Shown: positions 11,749 to 25,225, numbered from the stretch's first letter. The stretch: 64,000 bases of DNA from Gnetum montanum (GCA_015680685.1 MNCI01003412.1:124001-188000), one strand, 5' to 3'. Made by a program: numbers and translations. Notes: generated by a model from the sequence alone, not told the origin.

Positions 11749-14700
11749 ATGTCTTCTTCTTCGCATAAGAGCATTTCACCGCCTAGGACTAACACAAGAG
11801 ACAGTGGGCAGCATAATATGCATAACCAAGATCCGCCAATTCCTCAATAGTTTTGTGTGGTATATATTCATCACGATGAGTATGTACCCAATTTTACCTT
11901 TATCCTCCACCAAGATGAACAACTGCGTTGGAGAGACTTAGAGGGTAACATAGTATTGCCCCCAGACTGATCAGTCCCCAACATGCTCCTTCATGCTCTC
12001 ACACGAATAGGCATGCTGCTTTTATATGCGGAGTACATTGCATGCGATCATGACATAAGGGACTATCATCCCACAGAAGCGCAATGTCAAAGGGACTTGC
12101 AATAGGAGAGTTTCCACACATCCTTGAAGGGTAAATGGCCCCATAATGCCCCACATGTCTTAAGCGAAATTGGGGATGGTGAACTTGCTTCGATAGGTTT
12201 CCCACCGAATGATGTTCCCCCTCCTAACGATGGTCAGGAGGTGGTGTATCAAAACCTCCACTTCACAGTTCACAACCCTGGTTCTGATCCCCACGAACAC
12301 AAAGTATTCAATGAGGGAACACAAACACACGATAAGGGTGGACGTTCTGATCGTCATCACGATCAAGGCCAAGACCATCGAAGAGAAGGTAGAAAACACT
12401 ATCATGACAATGGTTCTCCTTCTTCTTCATCTTCATCATCACATTCACCCTCTCCTTCAATGTCCGTATGTAGTCATAAGGAAACCAATCGTGAGGATAA
12501 AGGGAAACAGAGTGAAAAACACTACTGAGACAATCGAGAACAAGGACGAGGGCACTCTAAGGAATTAAGGCATTGAAGAAGGGAGAGTAGGGAATTGCGT
12601 AGACACCATAGACGCTATGAACAAGATGGCCATAGAGAATCCCTACTCGCAACTAGAAGCATGCTAGATATAAACGGAGGTCGTAAGAGTTCCCACACAA
12701 CACCAAAAGGATAGTAGGATCAAGAGGTTAGACATGAAAAACATCCCATGATTTTAAGGGGGATACAACGCTGATCCTCAAAATCATTTGCAAGAATTCC
12801 ACGATGCATGTGCCTTGCAAAACATAGAAAACGAATGGCAAGAACTAAAGTTGTTCCCAAGGATACTAGTGAAGGAAGCTGAAAGCTGGTACTGGTCCTT
12901 AGAACCAAAATCCATTCAGAGGTGGAGTACAATGTTAGAATTGTTTAATGATAAGTACCAAATGTACTCCCGAGTGTCTAACCTACGAAAGAAAATCCAA
13001 GGATGAAAGCAAGGAAATCATGAACCCTTGGATGCTACCATGGGTTGCTATTACACACTACTACATCGTTGCCCTGGCCATGGTTATTCACAGTGGGATC
13101 AACTACATCATCTCATAGATGGACTTAGGTATGAAACAAAGAAAACCCTTAGAACGTATGCCCAAGGGAGATTATCAGAGCTTAGATCTCATCAAATTCA
13201 TATATTGCTAGAGCAAGTAGCCAAAGAAGAAGGTGAGCTATGGAAGAGAGAAAGTGCAGAAGAGTACAACCGAGATCCTTCCCTCCACAAAAGGGGAGTA
13301 AGATTCTATGAGGAGGAAGAAGAGTCACCACTCGAAGAGGTGGTGAATAGAAAAAATTTGCCGCTCCAAAAGTTAACAATAGAAGTATTGGCAAGGTAGA
13401 CCAAATGTGGGACTCCCTTGATAGTAGGTTTGAAACTGTTCTTAAAATTGTAAAGGAGTCTAGGGAGAGAGGTAGTGACTATGACAAAAAGAAAAAGAGA
13501 GAAATGGACAATGCACATAACAAGGGTAAGGGCAAAATGGCCATCAACGAAGAGGTTGTGAATTCCGACATGGATAATGACGGTGGATGTGAGATATGCC
13601 AATACGACCATCTTAAGGGATGTTGCTGAGTAATCTCACATCTACAAGAGTTTGGGATGTATGCACTCAACCCATGACTTAATAAATGGCAAGCACCCCA
13701 GTTACCTTCTCCCCAAGGTAACCCAAGACAGTTCCACCAACCTTCAACATATTATCCAAGTGGAACTCCACCACAACCCATTGAGCAACATCAACAGTGG
13801 CAATACCCATAGTCATGGGGGATGCCACCACCAAGGCAACAATAACCCTATTGGCAACCTGATCCATATGGCTACTACGTGCAGCATCCAATCTCTCCAC
13901 ATGACTTTGTTGGTCACATTACACCACAACATCACTACCAAGCTCGGGAGTATTATAGAACTGCTTCTCCTAGGGGAGATAACCCACAAGCATACCATTC
14001 TTCAAATCCATCCACAACTCTCACACCAATGGCTCCATTACCACTCACTCCAGCAATGCAAGGGGAACTCCCCACTCAACTGCAACAACGTAATGCCACG
14101 AGGATTGTAAATCTTCAACTCGCTACTGGTTTTGAAAACCGTATGAAGAGAAGATATTTTTTAGAACCAATAGTCCAACCAAGTCCTCACAACCACAAGC
14201 GGTTGAACCTTTGAACGCCTCTATATCAAATAAGGCTTTAGAGCTCCCTTTAAACCAAAAATCGAGCTTAATGCATACGGTTATGTTAACACATGCTGTT
14301 ACTGACTGGATTAAGGTGGGCCACCTTCCCAGGAAATTCTCTAATCCTAGAAGCCTTCTAATCTCTCTCCAAGTCACTGGGAATGAATTATGTAAAGCTC
14401 TTTTGGACTCAGGTTCTGGAGTCAACCTAATATCACAAGGGATGTACAAAGCCTAGAATTTGCCTCCATTAAGGAAGAGCAATATTTGCCTAGAGTTGGC
14501 TGACCAGTCCATCACTGTTCCCTTGGGACTGGTGGAGGACATCATTACCACTATGTGTGGGTGGTCGTACCCAGCTGATTTTCTAGTGATACAAGTAAAT
14601 AATGATGAAGGGAACTTCCCAATACTAATGGGAAGAGAATGGCTAAGTACTGTAGATGCACGCCTAGGAATCCACGATCTTTTCTTGGAGATATCTAAGG

Positions 14701-15059
14701 AGAACACTTTTGGGAAGATCGAGAAGAAGAAGGTTCCATGCATCACATACAGTGATACAGGGTGTGATTGTGTGCAGAAATGTTCAGCATTGCCTGCATG
14801 CAACCGGTGTGCATAGGACGTTAACATACAAAAGTTCCTATATGTAGCAGCCACACAACAAGAAGACACCTAGTGGTTGATAGCTGATCAAGAGAGCAAC
14901 TCACCAATGTGCATGGAATTAACTGAGGGTATAACTTGCACTCACGTCGAAAGCATAGATGCACTTGAGCAAATTTGTTGCCAACTTCCAAACCTTAACT
15001 TGGAAAACATTAATTGGGGGAAGTTGGAAATCCCTAAAAAAGTCAAACCAAAACCTTAA
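11749..15059 (+). pseudogene. gag: Disrupted gag-protease polyprotein
   Basis: WYWSLEPKSIQRWSTMLELFNDKY; ALLDSGSGVNLIS; PADFLVI...PILMGREWL; ends KKVKPKP* with no RT following. Confidence 0.85.
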
Positions 15060-17068
15060 ATAAGAAATTATTAGTCTATGTGCAACAGACCAAGCCTTTT
15101 GATTTAGAATAGTCAGTGCACATAGCACCTCTGAGAAGGGATGACCCTACTCATTATTTCAGATCTCCTCCTTCCAACTTAGTCATGGGGGAGATGGCCA
15201 CCTCTGCTGATCATTTGAGGCCCCCAGTTCCTTTTTAAGTTTTTATTTTACACATTTTTGTTTTACAAATTTCTTTAACTTCTCTTGTTTTTGTTTTGTA
15301 ACATCATTTATACTTTTCTATTTCTTTGTGTGTTTATTTATTTTGTTAGGTTCGTCAACTAATAAGTGCTCCTAATGGTGTTATGAACTATATTCTATTG
15401 ATTGCTAATGTTTGGTTTTTACCTTGGAGTTACAATATTGATACTAAGGTATGGTTCTTTTGATATAGCAGGTAATGAGTCCATGTCATCCATGCATTTA
15501 TAAATTTCTATGGTCTCACTTGGCTTAGAACTGTACAATTCCTTTCTTAACAATAAAACTATTAACAAACCAGTGACTGGACATTTCTCAAACTGAGGAA
15601 GGACTCAAGGACTGAAAAAGGTGTGACTTCAGGGGGATTTGATGCATTTGTGCTGGCCATTCTCTTTGGTGCTTGGATGTTTTCTTCTTGATTTTTCCTT
15701 ACCATTCTGACATTGCTCCATTATCAGGAAGCCGAGCTAATAAAAATAATAAGTCTTTGCATGGTGTGGTTCTCACGTAAAAACAAAGTGAGAATTCAAA
15801 GCACACCCCTTAGAAAAAATAATCATCTGGGTTACAAGCACTGGTTATGGAACTAAACAAACATGTTTCCTCTAACTAAGGCCCTTTCTTACTTCCTAAT
15901 TTTCCCTTTCTTGTTTCCTCAGAATGGTGGTGACTCTTTGGTAGAAGAATTCTTGTTACTTTAGGTGGATGGATTGGCCGAGTGTACTAATGCGAAGTCA
16001 CTGGAAGTGGATTGTTTGAGGCTAGATTTGGAATGAGATCTACTAAGTCACATTAACCATATGTGCACAAGGGGCTGTACACCACCTTGTTCTTGGGACT
16101 CCATTCCATTCTCTTCTTTCCATCATTATTTCTTCATTTTCCACCTTATTACTGGTTGTACCAGTAGTCTATATGTTGGTTGATGCATTTTTCTCCTTTT
16201 GGTAAATTCTTGTGGTTAAGAATTTAACTCTTGCTTTCGAATGACATTTCCAGAGCCTACAGACTCTTTGAATGTGGGTTTTTCAGGGCATAAAGGGCAT
16301 GAGCCTGCTTTGGGGAGGACCCACTAGCATTCCTATTTGGTGCATTAGTTAGCTTCTTTCCCTTAAACATTTCTGCAATCACCATTTGTTTTGTTCATTA
16401 CCACCTTTGACATCCATTTTATTGGTGTTGTCATTATTTCTTTTTCTAAGTCTTTCTTATTCCTTATCTTTTTCCATTCTATTGCTACCAGAGGATCACT
16501 CTCAGTCATGGGGGTCCTAGTCCAATTTTTTCAATTTTCTCCTAACCCCTACATCTTGGGTAGTCACCAGTGTTATATCTCTAGAATCCGTATTGGCCAT
16601 ATTACAACTTAGCCAATGGATCTTACACCGAGGCAAGGTATCAACGATATTGTGATTTACTTATCCTTGCTCATATGTGATTGTGTTGTGTGTGCAGATG
16701 GCAATCATACAGCAATGGATTGGAGCTGGAGGAAACACGTAGGATGGACTAGTGTTGGAACAGTTATGCAAGGAACAAGATTGATGGTGTGGTTATAGAT
16801 GAACAATGGAAGGTAAAATTTTGGCATCGGCAGCAACACATCTTCTTCTTTTCTCTCTCTTCTCTCTCAGTTGCCAAATAAGGTTGGATGTCAAATGTAT
16901 ATAGTGTTCACTCTTGTGGTCATGAACACTAATGTTGCCATGTATGTAATGATGATCCGTTCAGGTGTCACCCCATTCACCATTAGTGTCATTCAAGTCA
17001 ATAATCCCATGCCTTCCCAATATTTTGTAAGGAACTCGAGGATGAGTTTTCATTCAGTCATGGGGGTA

Positions 17069-17824
17069 TGATGAGCCGCAATATTGCATCCGCCATGCAA
17101 TATCGCATCCTGCCTCACCTTCTATAAATAAGAGGCAGTGCCCTTTGTTCCCAATAGTTAGACGTAGACCCTTAGCCAAACTCTTGTAGTTTTACCATTC
17201 CAGAGTTAGAATAATTTTTGTATGCCCACAGTAGGAGTCATAGAGTGAACAGATCTTTATTCGAGCAAATTATACCTAAGCACACATTTGTGTATAACAA
17301 TAAAGATGAACTTTATGATAAACCTTGCAGCGTATGGATTAAGCTAATTAGTAATTAATTATTGTTGAATGTTTAATGCTTTTCTAGTTAATTAATCTCT
17401 CTCTCAACCTTTGACTCTCTTAGTTAAGTACACTCAGTACACCCTCTTCAAGCATGCGTGTAGCGCTTGGTAACCTAGTAACGACTAGCGTTTGGTAATC
17501 CCAGCAGTGTTGCATTGGTTTAGGATGTGTACAAAAAGTGTAAATGGATACTGCAATTAGAACTTAGTTAATGAATAGTTAAAGTAAGTTAGTCACTTAG
17601 TTCTCTTTCCCTTTTCCTTATTATCATAAGACACTAAAAAGATAAAAGCTATAAAAATCATATACCTCAAGCTTACTTAACCATACAACCATGACAATAC
17701 AAGTAAGTTTGGGAAGACAATGATTGATTAACCCTGAGTGTTCCATTAAGGCGTGTAAGCACTTAGTCCTTGGAGTTCGACCAGATTGCATGTGTGCTCG
17801 TATTCGTGTGGTTGAGTGTAGGGG
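17069..17824 (+). repeat. 3' LTR, family A, missing its last ~17 bp
   Basis: Matches the 5' LTR up to GTAGGGG, then switches to a family B LTR. Confidence 0.9.
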
Positions 17825-18582
17825 CAATATCGCAGTCTATCACAATGTCTATAAATAAGAAACGGCTCTCCCTCATTTCAAACATAGAATAGGAGTAGCA
17901 AAGCTTTGGTAGTTTGATCCCTCTAGAGATATATTATTTTTCCCATGTTTGCCCATAGTGTGGTGAATGTAATTGTACGACATCCTTTATTCGAGTGTGA
18001 CATACTTGGACACGCACATGACCGGAAATAAAGATCGAGATTACTTCATCATTGCAGCATTCACTTTGTTGTTTATTTATTTATTTAATTGTTATTTACT
18101 ACTTTCTTAGTTAATCTCTCTCTCACCCTTCTCTCCTAGTAACACGGAATGAGTACGACTTGATTATGAGCATTTAAGTGTGACTACTTGGTAACCCAGT
18201 GGCGTACCTAGGATCTGTGCTTGGTAATCCCAGTGGTAGTCGTGCACGAAGTATAAGATGTGTACAGATGATCAAGGAATGGATGCTTATCACACTTAGG
18301 CTAGATTAGATTCTTTTACCTTTTCTCTCCTAGCTTAGCTTAGTTAATATTATCTTCCGTTGCCTCAGGAGTAGCACTAGATTAGGAAACATTATACACC
18401 TCACTCTGGACTAAACCATACGTGACAAATATAATACTAGTCCAGGTGGGAAGATAGTGAACTGCAACCTAAGGATAACTATCTAGGTGCTACAACTAGT
18501 CTTTCTGTGGAGTTCGACCGGATCACGCGTGAGAACACTTGTATTCGTATGGTTGAGTGTAGGGGTATCTCGCCACTCATCA
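17825..18582 (+). repeat. Family B LTR (3' or solo), 5'-clipped and fused to the family A LTR
   Basis: Reverse-complement homology to 2336-3110; ends CTCATCA; no PBS follows. Confidence 0.85.
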
Positions 18583-19069
18583 TAAGTAGACTTACATTTG
18601 ATGCTATTGGGTAGATTGGCTACAATGTTGGTATAGGAATGAAAGTAAGAGGTAATTATGTTCATTGGTTCTAAGTCTTTGTAGGCCATTTCTTCACCAA
18701 TTTTTGGCTCTAGTAGGCCATAATGTTGCTAGTTTTAGGCATTGGTAGGCCATATTGTCAGTTTAAGGCCATAATTGGTTATGATCCATACTTGCCTAGT
18801 AAGTATGGGATGCTTTCAAAAAACATATAAAGATAAAACCAATAGTGAAACATGATACAATGTCACAAAAGTGAACAGATGATCCTTAACAAGAGAGGAG
18901 ATAAGGTGCTTGCTGGGAACTTGTTGTTCGATCTTTAGCAAATTAACGAATCTTTTTTACACAATCCCATGCTTACACTTTCTCTTTTTTAGCATGGTAA
19001 CTTGCATGCATTCTCATGGATCATTTAGTATTTCAGAGTTGGTGTTATTAACATTGCTATTTTTATTAT

Positions 19070-22000
19070 TGTTGGCCCCAGTCTGAGTATTGGGAGTTTC
19101 CTCCTAAAACTTCACTTTCAAACCTTAGTCAATGTTGACATAGTTAACTGATGGTACTCGCATGTTGTCTCCATGGATCACAATTTCTCCTACCTCATAT
19201 GGAAAATGGATCTCCCGATGTATAGGGGATGAAATTGCCCAAAGCTTTGCTAACCATGGCCTTCCTAGGATTAAGTTGAAACTAGGTGTCTCTTCAACCA
19301 CTAGAAAGTTAGTGAATGTAGGAAATTATTTGCTAGCTACAAAATCCAAGGAGATGGAACCTCGCACTACTACTTATGAGCCATTAAATGACTTAAGTGC
19401 TGAGGTAGTGGTTTCTTGGACATTCTTGATTAGACCTAGCTTGTTAACAATGGAAAATGGTATCACATTCATGGCCACCTCATCATCCACATGAACATAG
19501 TGAATCTTGTATATGCTAACATGTATGGTAATAAGGAGAGGAGTGAATAGCACTTCTTCATTTCTAGAGTCAATATTCACCTCACTATCACAAAATTTGA
19601 GCATTGGTTGATGCCCATTTTCTCTAAGTGAAGCTTGCTCAATAATAGAGTGGATTAACTCTTTGTTGGTGGGCATGTCTCTGCTTACAGGGATAGAGGT
19701 TAACACTTGAGCTAGGGTATTCCTATGTGTAGGAGAGGTCATGACCTAGTCGTACAAGTTTGGTAACGTGTTCTTTTACTTAAGGAATCATTTGGCTTAT
19801 TCCATGGTTCTGAGGAAGCTCTTTCCCTTAGCTTGTGATGTTTCAATGTTAGTGTTTCTAACCTCCTTCATTCTTCCTAGGGTTTATGACTTATGTTTTG
19901 GTTCATGTTCCTTGGGTTCCTTATCCATGGATGTAGTTGATCTTCGTGTAGGTATTGATTGGTTACCTTTAGTGGGCTTATTTGTTGGTTTGATGACAAG
20001 TTGCTTTCGCTGCTATTGTGGTGGTGGTTTCTTGCTAACGCTAAGTTCTGGGGCCATTGTAGGTGGGCTTTGGTCATGGATTGTTGTAGGCTTACTTGTT
20101 GAAGGTGGAGGAACTTGGATATTGAATGTTTCTCTAGGTTTTAGAGGACTAGCAACTCATTGATTACATTGTGATGTTGAAGTCATTGAAAGGGGGACAT
20201 ATATAATGAAAGGCTTATTAGGGGCTGGAGGAGGTGATACCCATATGAAAAATGGCTCTCTTAACCTTGTGTTTTGGGATCGTGGTGGAATTCTAATGAC
20301 AAACAATTCCCTAGGAGGATTAGACCATTTGGTTTCTATGAATGAGCCCACAATATAGAAGTTGTTGTTAACTCTTGGAGAGTTGGGCTCATTCACTACT
20401 AACTCTTCGTGGTTTATCATCTTTTGGAGGTCATCCTTTAATGCTAGACAAAAATCAATATTATGACTAGCCATTTGATGAGAATGAAAATACCTATCTA
20501 GTCTAAAGTACTTTGATAGCTTAGAATAGTCTTTGGTAGCTATTATTGGGTCTCTAGCAATGTCACAAAGATGATCATGCCTCTTACAAGTTGCTTCAAA
20601 TAGTTGCTTATGTTGCATATGATTGTCTTTTAGCAACTATTCTAGAAGCTTAGAGGGCTTCAAAGGAAACCTAGTGTACTTAGACCTATCCTTTTGCCCA
20701 AAGTTTGGTCTTGGTTGATTTGGGGTGTAGGAAGTGGATGGTTGTGATGAGTTAGGGGATGTGTTGCATGGTGCTGATGCTTGCCTTTCCCCTTGTTTTG
20801 TCTCTTTTGCTATGTGGCCATAGTTGCATGTTCATGTTTGGTTTTATTCCTATCTCTTCTTACATTGCATGTTGGGTTTTATAGGCCACATAGGTTGGAT
20901 TGTTGCTTGCCTCAACTACCTCCTCAATGTTCTTGGTTTGTGAGAAGGCTTGGCTTAGTGATTAGGGCTCTAGGTAGCAAATTTTTGACTTGATAAAGTC
21001 ATTTACTACTCTCTTGTAGATGGCTAAGAGGTGAGTTTCGACAATAGGCTCTAGAATCTCATTAAGCATTGAGTTCCACCTTTGAATAAACCTTTTGATC
21101 AGTTTGAGTGGCCCCTGCTCTAATGTGGAATTCGGCTTCAGGTTGTATCTGAAGTAATTGAAAAATTGGTTAATCAAGTCCTTAAGGAAAGAGATGGAAC
21201 CTCTAGGTAAGGTTTGGTACTATTCTAAGGCCCTTCCTTTGAGGGACATGGGGAAAATTCGTAATATCAAGTGAGGCCAAGCTTGCAATATAAGGCACTT
21301 AGACTAGAAGGTTACTAGATGTGCATTGGAATCCCCTTCACCATTGTATTTGATGAAGTTCGGAATAGGAAAGCTTGCGGGCAAGGCTAGTTGAGGCATT
21401 GTAGTGCTTATAGGGTCATCTTGGTAGAAATCTAGAACCTTGACCATCCAAGTTGTGTTGGCTTTAAGTTTTTGCATCTCTTCATTAAGGTTTTGGATCA
21501 TTTGGAAAGCTTAATCCAAGTCTTGGGGCATCCCCATGGATTGTGGTGCTTGTGTTGGTGGTTGAGGAAGAAGTTGTGAGGTTGGTGGCCTCATGATAGG
21601 CTTTGTTATCAAAGGGAGAGGTTGGGTGACCATTGTTGCAGGTGGGTTGAATAAGGAGAAAGAGGTTTGAGTTGGAAGATGTGGAATGAAGGGAGTGAAA
21701 GGAGTATGAGAGGCTTGCATTGCTTGGGGTCCCAATGAGGATCCTATTGGCATGACAAAGGGAGATGATGAGGTATACATCATTGGAACTAGGTGAATGA
21801 AGTAAGGCTATTTGGCAAAAGGTATTCATGAAAAAAGAAAGGCTATCTATGATGCAGGTTGTACTTGGTATGTGGTAATAACTGGTGTAGTTCCAAACAT
21901 TGTGGAATACACAGGAGATGATGGTTAAGACACCTAACCTATGGAAGTAACTAGAGGGGTTGAAGTTGGCATGGTAACCTAGGGGCCTATCATTTGGAAT

Positions 22001-22428
22001 AGACCTCTGATGAAGTTGTTAGGTTTAGGCTCAGCCTCAAACTCATTGGTTTCTTCCTGTTAGCTCGATGTACTAAGCATATTACTCTATTCATCCATAT
22101 CAATCAAATGAGATAGAATACATTGAATACAACCATGGTTATCATTTAAAGATATGTTGTCATATGGAAAAGGGATATACTCCTTCCCATTGCGGTGGAT
22201 AAGCTCATACTCACATTTGACTTCAGCTTTCCCATGTGGAATAAGTAGGCCTACTTGAATTCTTGCATAATGAAATTATAATGCTCTTCATTTATGATGG
22301 AAAAATATAGGCTTTGATTCCTTAGCCTAAGGGATTGCTTACATTCAACTACTATGGGGTCTTTGGGATCATAGACCCTCATGAGCTCTTGGCTAGAAGC
22401 ATTATTGGTGAAGTTGTAGGGCAACATG
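19070..22428 (-). pseudogene. gag: Disrupted Tat/Ogre-like gag-protease
   Basis: FPIPNFIKYNGEGDSNAHL...FPMSLKGRALE*YQTLPRGSI; protease VHVDDEVAMNVIP...FNLILGRPWL; followed by non-coding sequence. Confidence 0.82.
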
Positions 22429-22849
22429 ATTGACTAGCTGAATTACATGTTGAAAATGTAGTTTTTGCTATTTCACTATTTTTAGTAAAAAATTAATAAG
22501 TGGGATGATCTACTAATGTAATAATCCAAAAATAAAAAGGTATCAAGAAATAACTAATAAGTGATGAAAACAACAAAAAGAAAAAAATTGTTTATCTACT
22601 AGATGGAAACTAGTGTCATAGTAGGAATGATGTTGGATAGAATGGTGTTGTGGCAGTAGGAATGGGTATTGTAGTACATGGAAAATTTGTAGCAAGACCC
22701 AACTCTATTTATACTAATACACCAAGGCTTATGGAGGAAAGTTTAATAACCAATGTTGGTGTTATAGAATTATGGAAGGATAGGAATGGTTGAAAATTGG
22801 ATTATGGCCAAGAATTTGGGTGGAGGCCCTCCTTTTAGTGCTAGAAAAC

Positions 22850-24537
22850 TATTGGAGCTAGAAATCTTAGTTGCTGGAATGGGAAAGCCAAAAGATCTGA
22901 GTGCCAAAAAAATTTTAACCTTGAATCCCAAGGGCCTTCGAAAAATGGAATGCAAGGTACCCTGGATAATCTTGCCAATCACCTAGGGACTTATGAAATG
23001 TAAACAGAAATGGTAGTGAAAACATAAACATAATTGTAGATGAAATTAGAAATGAAAATAAAAATGAAAATGTAAACGTAAATAGAAATGGCCAAATGTA
23101 AATGTAAATATCTTTAGAAATGGAAGTGGAAACGGTATTACAATTGTAGATTTGAAATGAAATCAAGTGTAGAAACAAAATTGTAAACTGAAAATTTCAT
23201 AACATGAATAATAAACTTTATAAAAAATAAAGAATAAAGGTTCATGAAGTACAAGTTCATGCCAAAAGCACAAGAAGTTGTTGGAAGAAGCTCGAAGTTT
23301 CTTGGAGAAAGTAGACTACATCCTACTATAACTCCATGATTCAGTTCCTTCTTAGCTTTGGTTTATAACAACTTTTCATCGGTTTCCACTAGGGTTTGCG
23401 ACGTGAGAATTGGATTGGTACTACAGTTTTGGAGCAATGGAATCTATGTGAGAGTCTTTGTGCCCATCATAGTACCAATTTCTACTACCAAATAGTACAA
23501 CAAGGTGGTGAGGTTGTAATGGGCTTTGGTGATTGGAAAATGGAAAATGCTATTGCTACCAAAAGTTTGTAGAAAATGCCAAATTGCTTCGAATACCAAA
23601 GTGTTCGAACATGAAAAATGACATTGATGTTGGGTATTTATAGAGTAGAGTTGCTATTTTTGGACTTGTGCACATTTGCCATGATTGTTGACAAATTGGT
23701 GTCAATGTGCAAGTTGTAACGATCATCTTCTCCTAGCATAGTTAGCATTTATGGTAATTTCGGAATGGGCTATAGCCACAAAACCCATTTGTTCACTATA
23801 AATAATAAATAGACTACTCGTACCATCCTTACTCGTTGGCCTTGGTCAATGCTTATATACTTTTAGTGTAGCTGCCATTTATAGTAAGTTTAGAATGGGC
23901 TACTACCATAAAACCCATTCATTTACTATAAATAGTAAATGGGATCTTGCAACTACGTTGGCATCATTCTTACTACGCTAGCATTGGTGGACTACACTAA
24001 GGTTGTTGGGAAGTGGCAAAAGTGATTAAAAATGTGCAAAAAGTTGGAATTTGCAAAAATGGTGGAATTCATTGAAAACTATTGTGCCTGGTGGAGAATG
24101 CTATCTACGTTGGTCATTGCTAACTTGGGATGACTATGTTGGCTGTTTTTGAAAAAATGGAAATTTCAACAATCCCAATGTTGCACGTTTATTGTGTCTT
24201 GGTAGTGACTATGCTAGCTATTGTGGCTACTGTAGCTACTATGTTTGCTGAAAATGAGTCAAGCGTAGTTGGGGTTATACCCCTAAAAAAAACCATTGAA
24301 ATCCCAATTTTAGTCATTCCAAAGGTGTTTTTGGCCTTCCAAAGCCCAAATATGAACATGTGATACCCTTTCATACTTGGGAAGTAAGGAAATAATAACT
24401 TTTGATGCATTTTTTTGGCTCCAAAAATATGAAATATGCAAGATTGTAGCTCCTAGTCTACATATCCCAAATTTACAATGAATCCTTATCCAAAGTTGGG
24501 AAATAAAGGTTGCAACATGAAATTTGGTGGTGTTTTA
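22850..24537 (-). repeat. 5' LTR of the Tat-like gag-PR element (~1.69 kb)
   Basis: Followed on the minus strand by a GTTTTC spacer and TAGCACTAAAAGGAGGG (decayed TGGCGCTAGAAGGAGGG); bounded by TSD. Confidence 0.85.
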
Positions 24538-24542
24538 GCTTG

Positions 24543-25201
24543 TACTTTGTCATTTACAAAGCATTTTGGTAGTTTAATAAGATTGCCTTTTATGAAATTG
24601 CTTATTGAGCTTAGAGGATTTGGATAATTTGTAATACTTAGATTGAATTAGAATAGCTTTATTATGAAGTGTTTCCTTATGTTCAATTTATCTTGCTTAA
24701 ATGTTTGAGATTTCATACAAATCTGATTTCTTTTATTTTATCTTTCTAAAATCCATTGAATCTCACTCTATTTTTAGTTTTTTTTTTTTTTTTAGAACTC
24801 TCTTTCTAGGAGAAATTAGGAGTAGATTTTTTTAGAATTGTGCTTAAGCATTTTTGTGAAATTTTATTTGTTTCAAGTAATGTACTATATGGACTAAGTG
24901 ACTTGACAAAATAGGAATCTTTAATGACTCACAGTATTTGAAAAAATTAGCTAAATATTTGTTATAATAGCCAGTTATAGTTTCACACACAAACCTAATC
25001 ATTTCAACATTTATAAAAACAAACATACATTTACAATTAGTTCAATCTATTATCACCAAGTTTATTTAGAGGTATCTGGGCCTTGGTGTTGCTAAAGATC
25101 AGGAAACACTTAAACTCAAGTTTAAAGGAACATCTTCATTTTTCATGATCCCGGTCATGAGACCAAAGGCCAACATTGGCAATCCTAAATGGTTGCCAAT
25201 A
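24543..25201 (+). repeat. Outer 5' LTR, right part (R/U5)
   Basis: Colinear with 57317-57976; ends CCAATA (decayed CCAACA). Confidence 0.92.
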
Positions 25202-25209
25202 GTTCTTTT

Positions 25210-25225
25210 TGGTACTAGAAGGAGG
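25210..25225 (+). other. Primer binding site, tRNA-Asn type
   Basis: TGGTACTAGAAGGAGG versus TGGCGCTAGAAGGAGGG, the complement of the plant tRNA-Asn 3' end. Confidence 0.8.

Larger units (their letters stand above)
10820..17824 (+). mobile_element. Athila-like non-autonomous element (family A), gag and protease without RT/RH/INT
   Basis: LTRs 10820-11604 and 17069-17824; PBS TGGTGCCGTTGCCAGGGA at 11606-11623; PPT before 17069; ALLDSGSGVNL protease motif. Confidence 0.9.
9121..24537 (-). mobile_element. Tat-like LTR element with gag and protease only visible; internally deleted
   Basis: TSD GCTTG at 9116-9120 and 24538-24542; empty site preserved in the outer 3' LTR near 57312; LTR copies 22850-24537 and 9121-10819; decayed tRNA-Asn PBS at 22827-22843. 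Confidence 0.85.

Noticed and set aside
15900-16800. env-like ORF remnant in the family A 3' region
   Set aside because: Only short coding-looking patches with no sustained frame or motif
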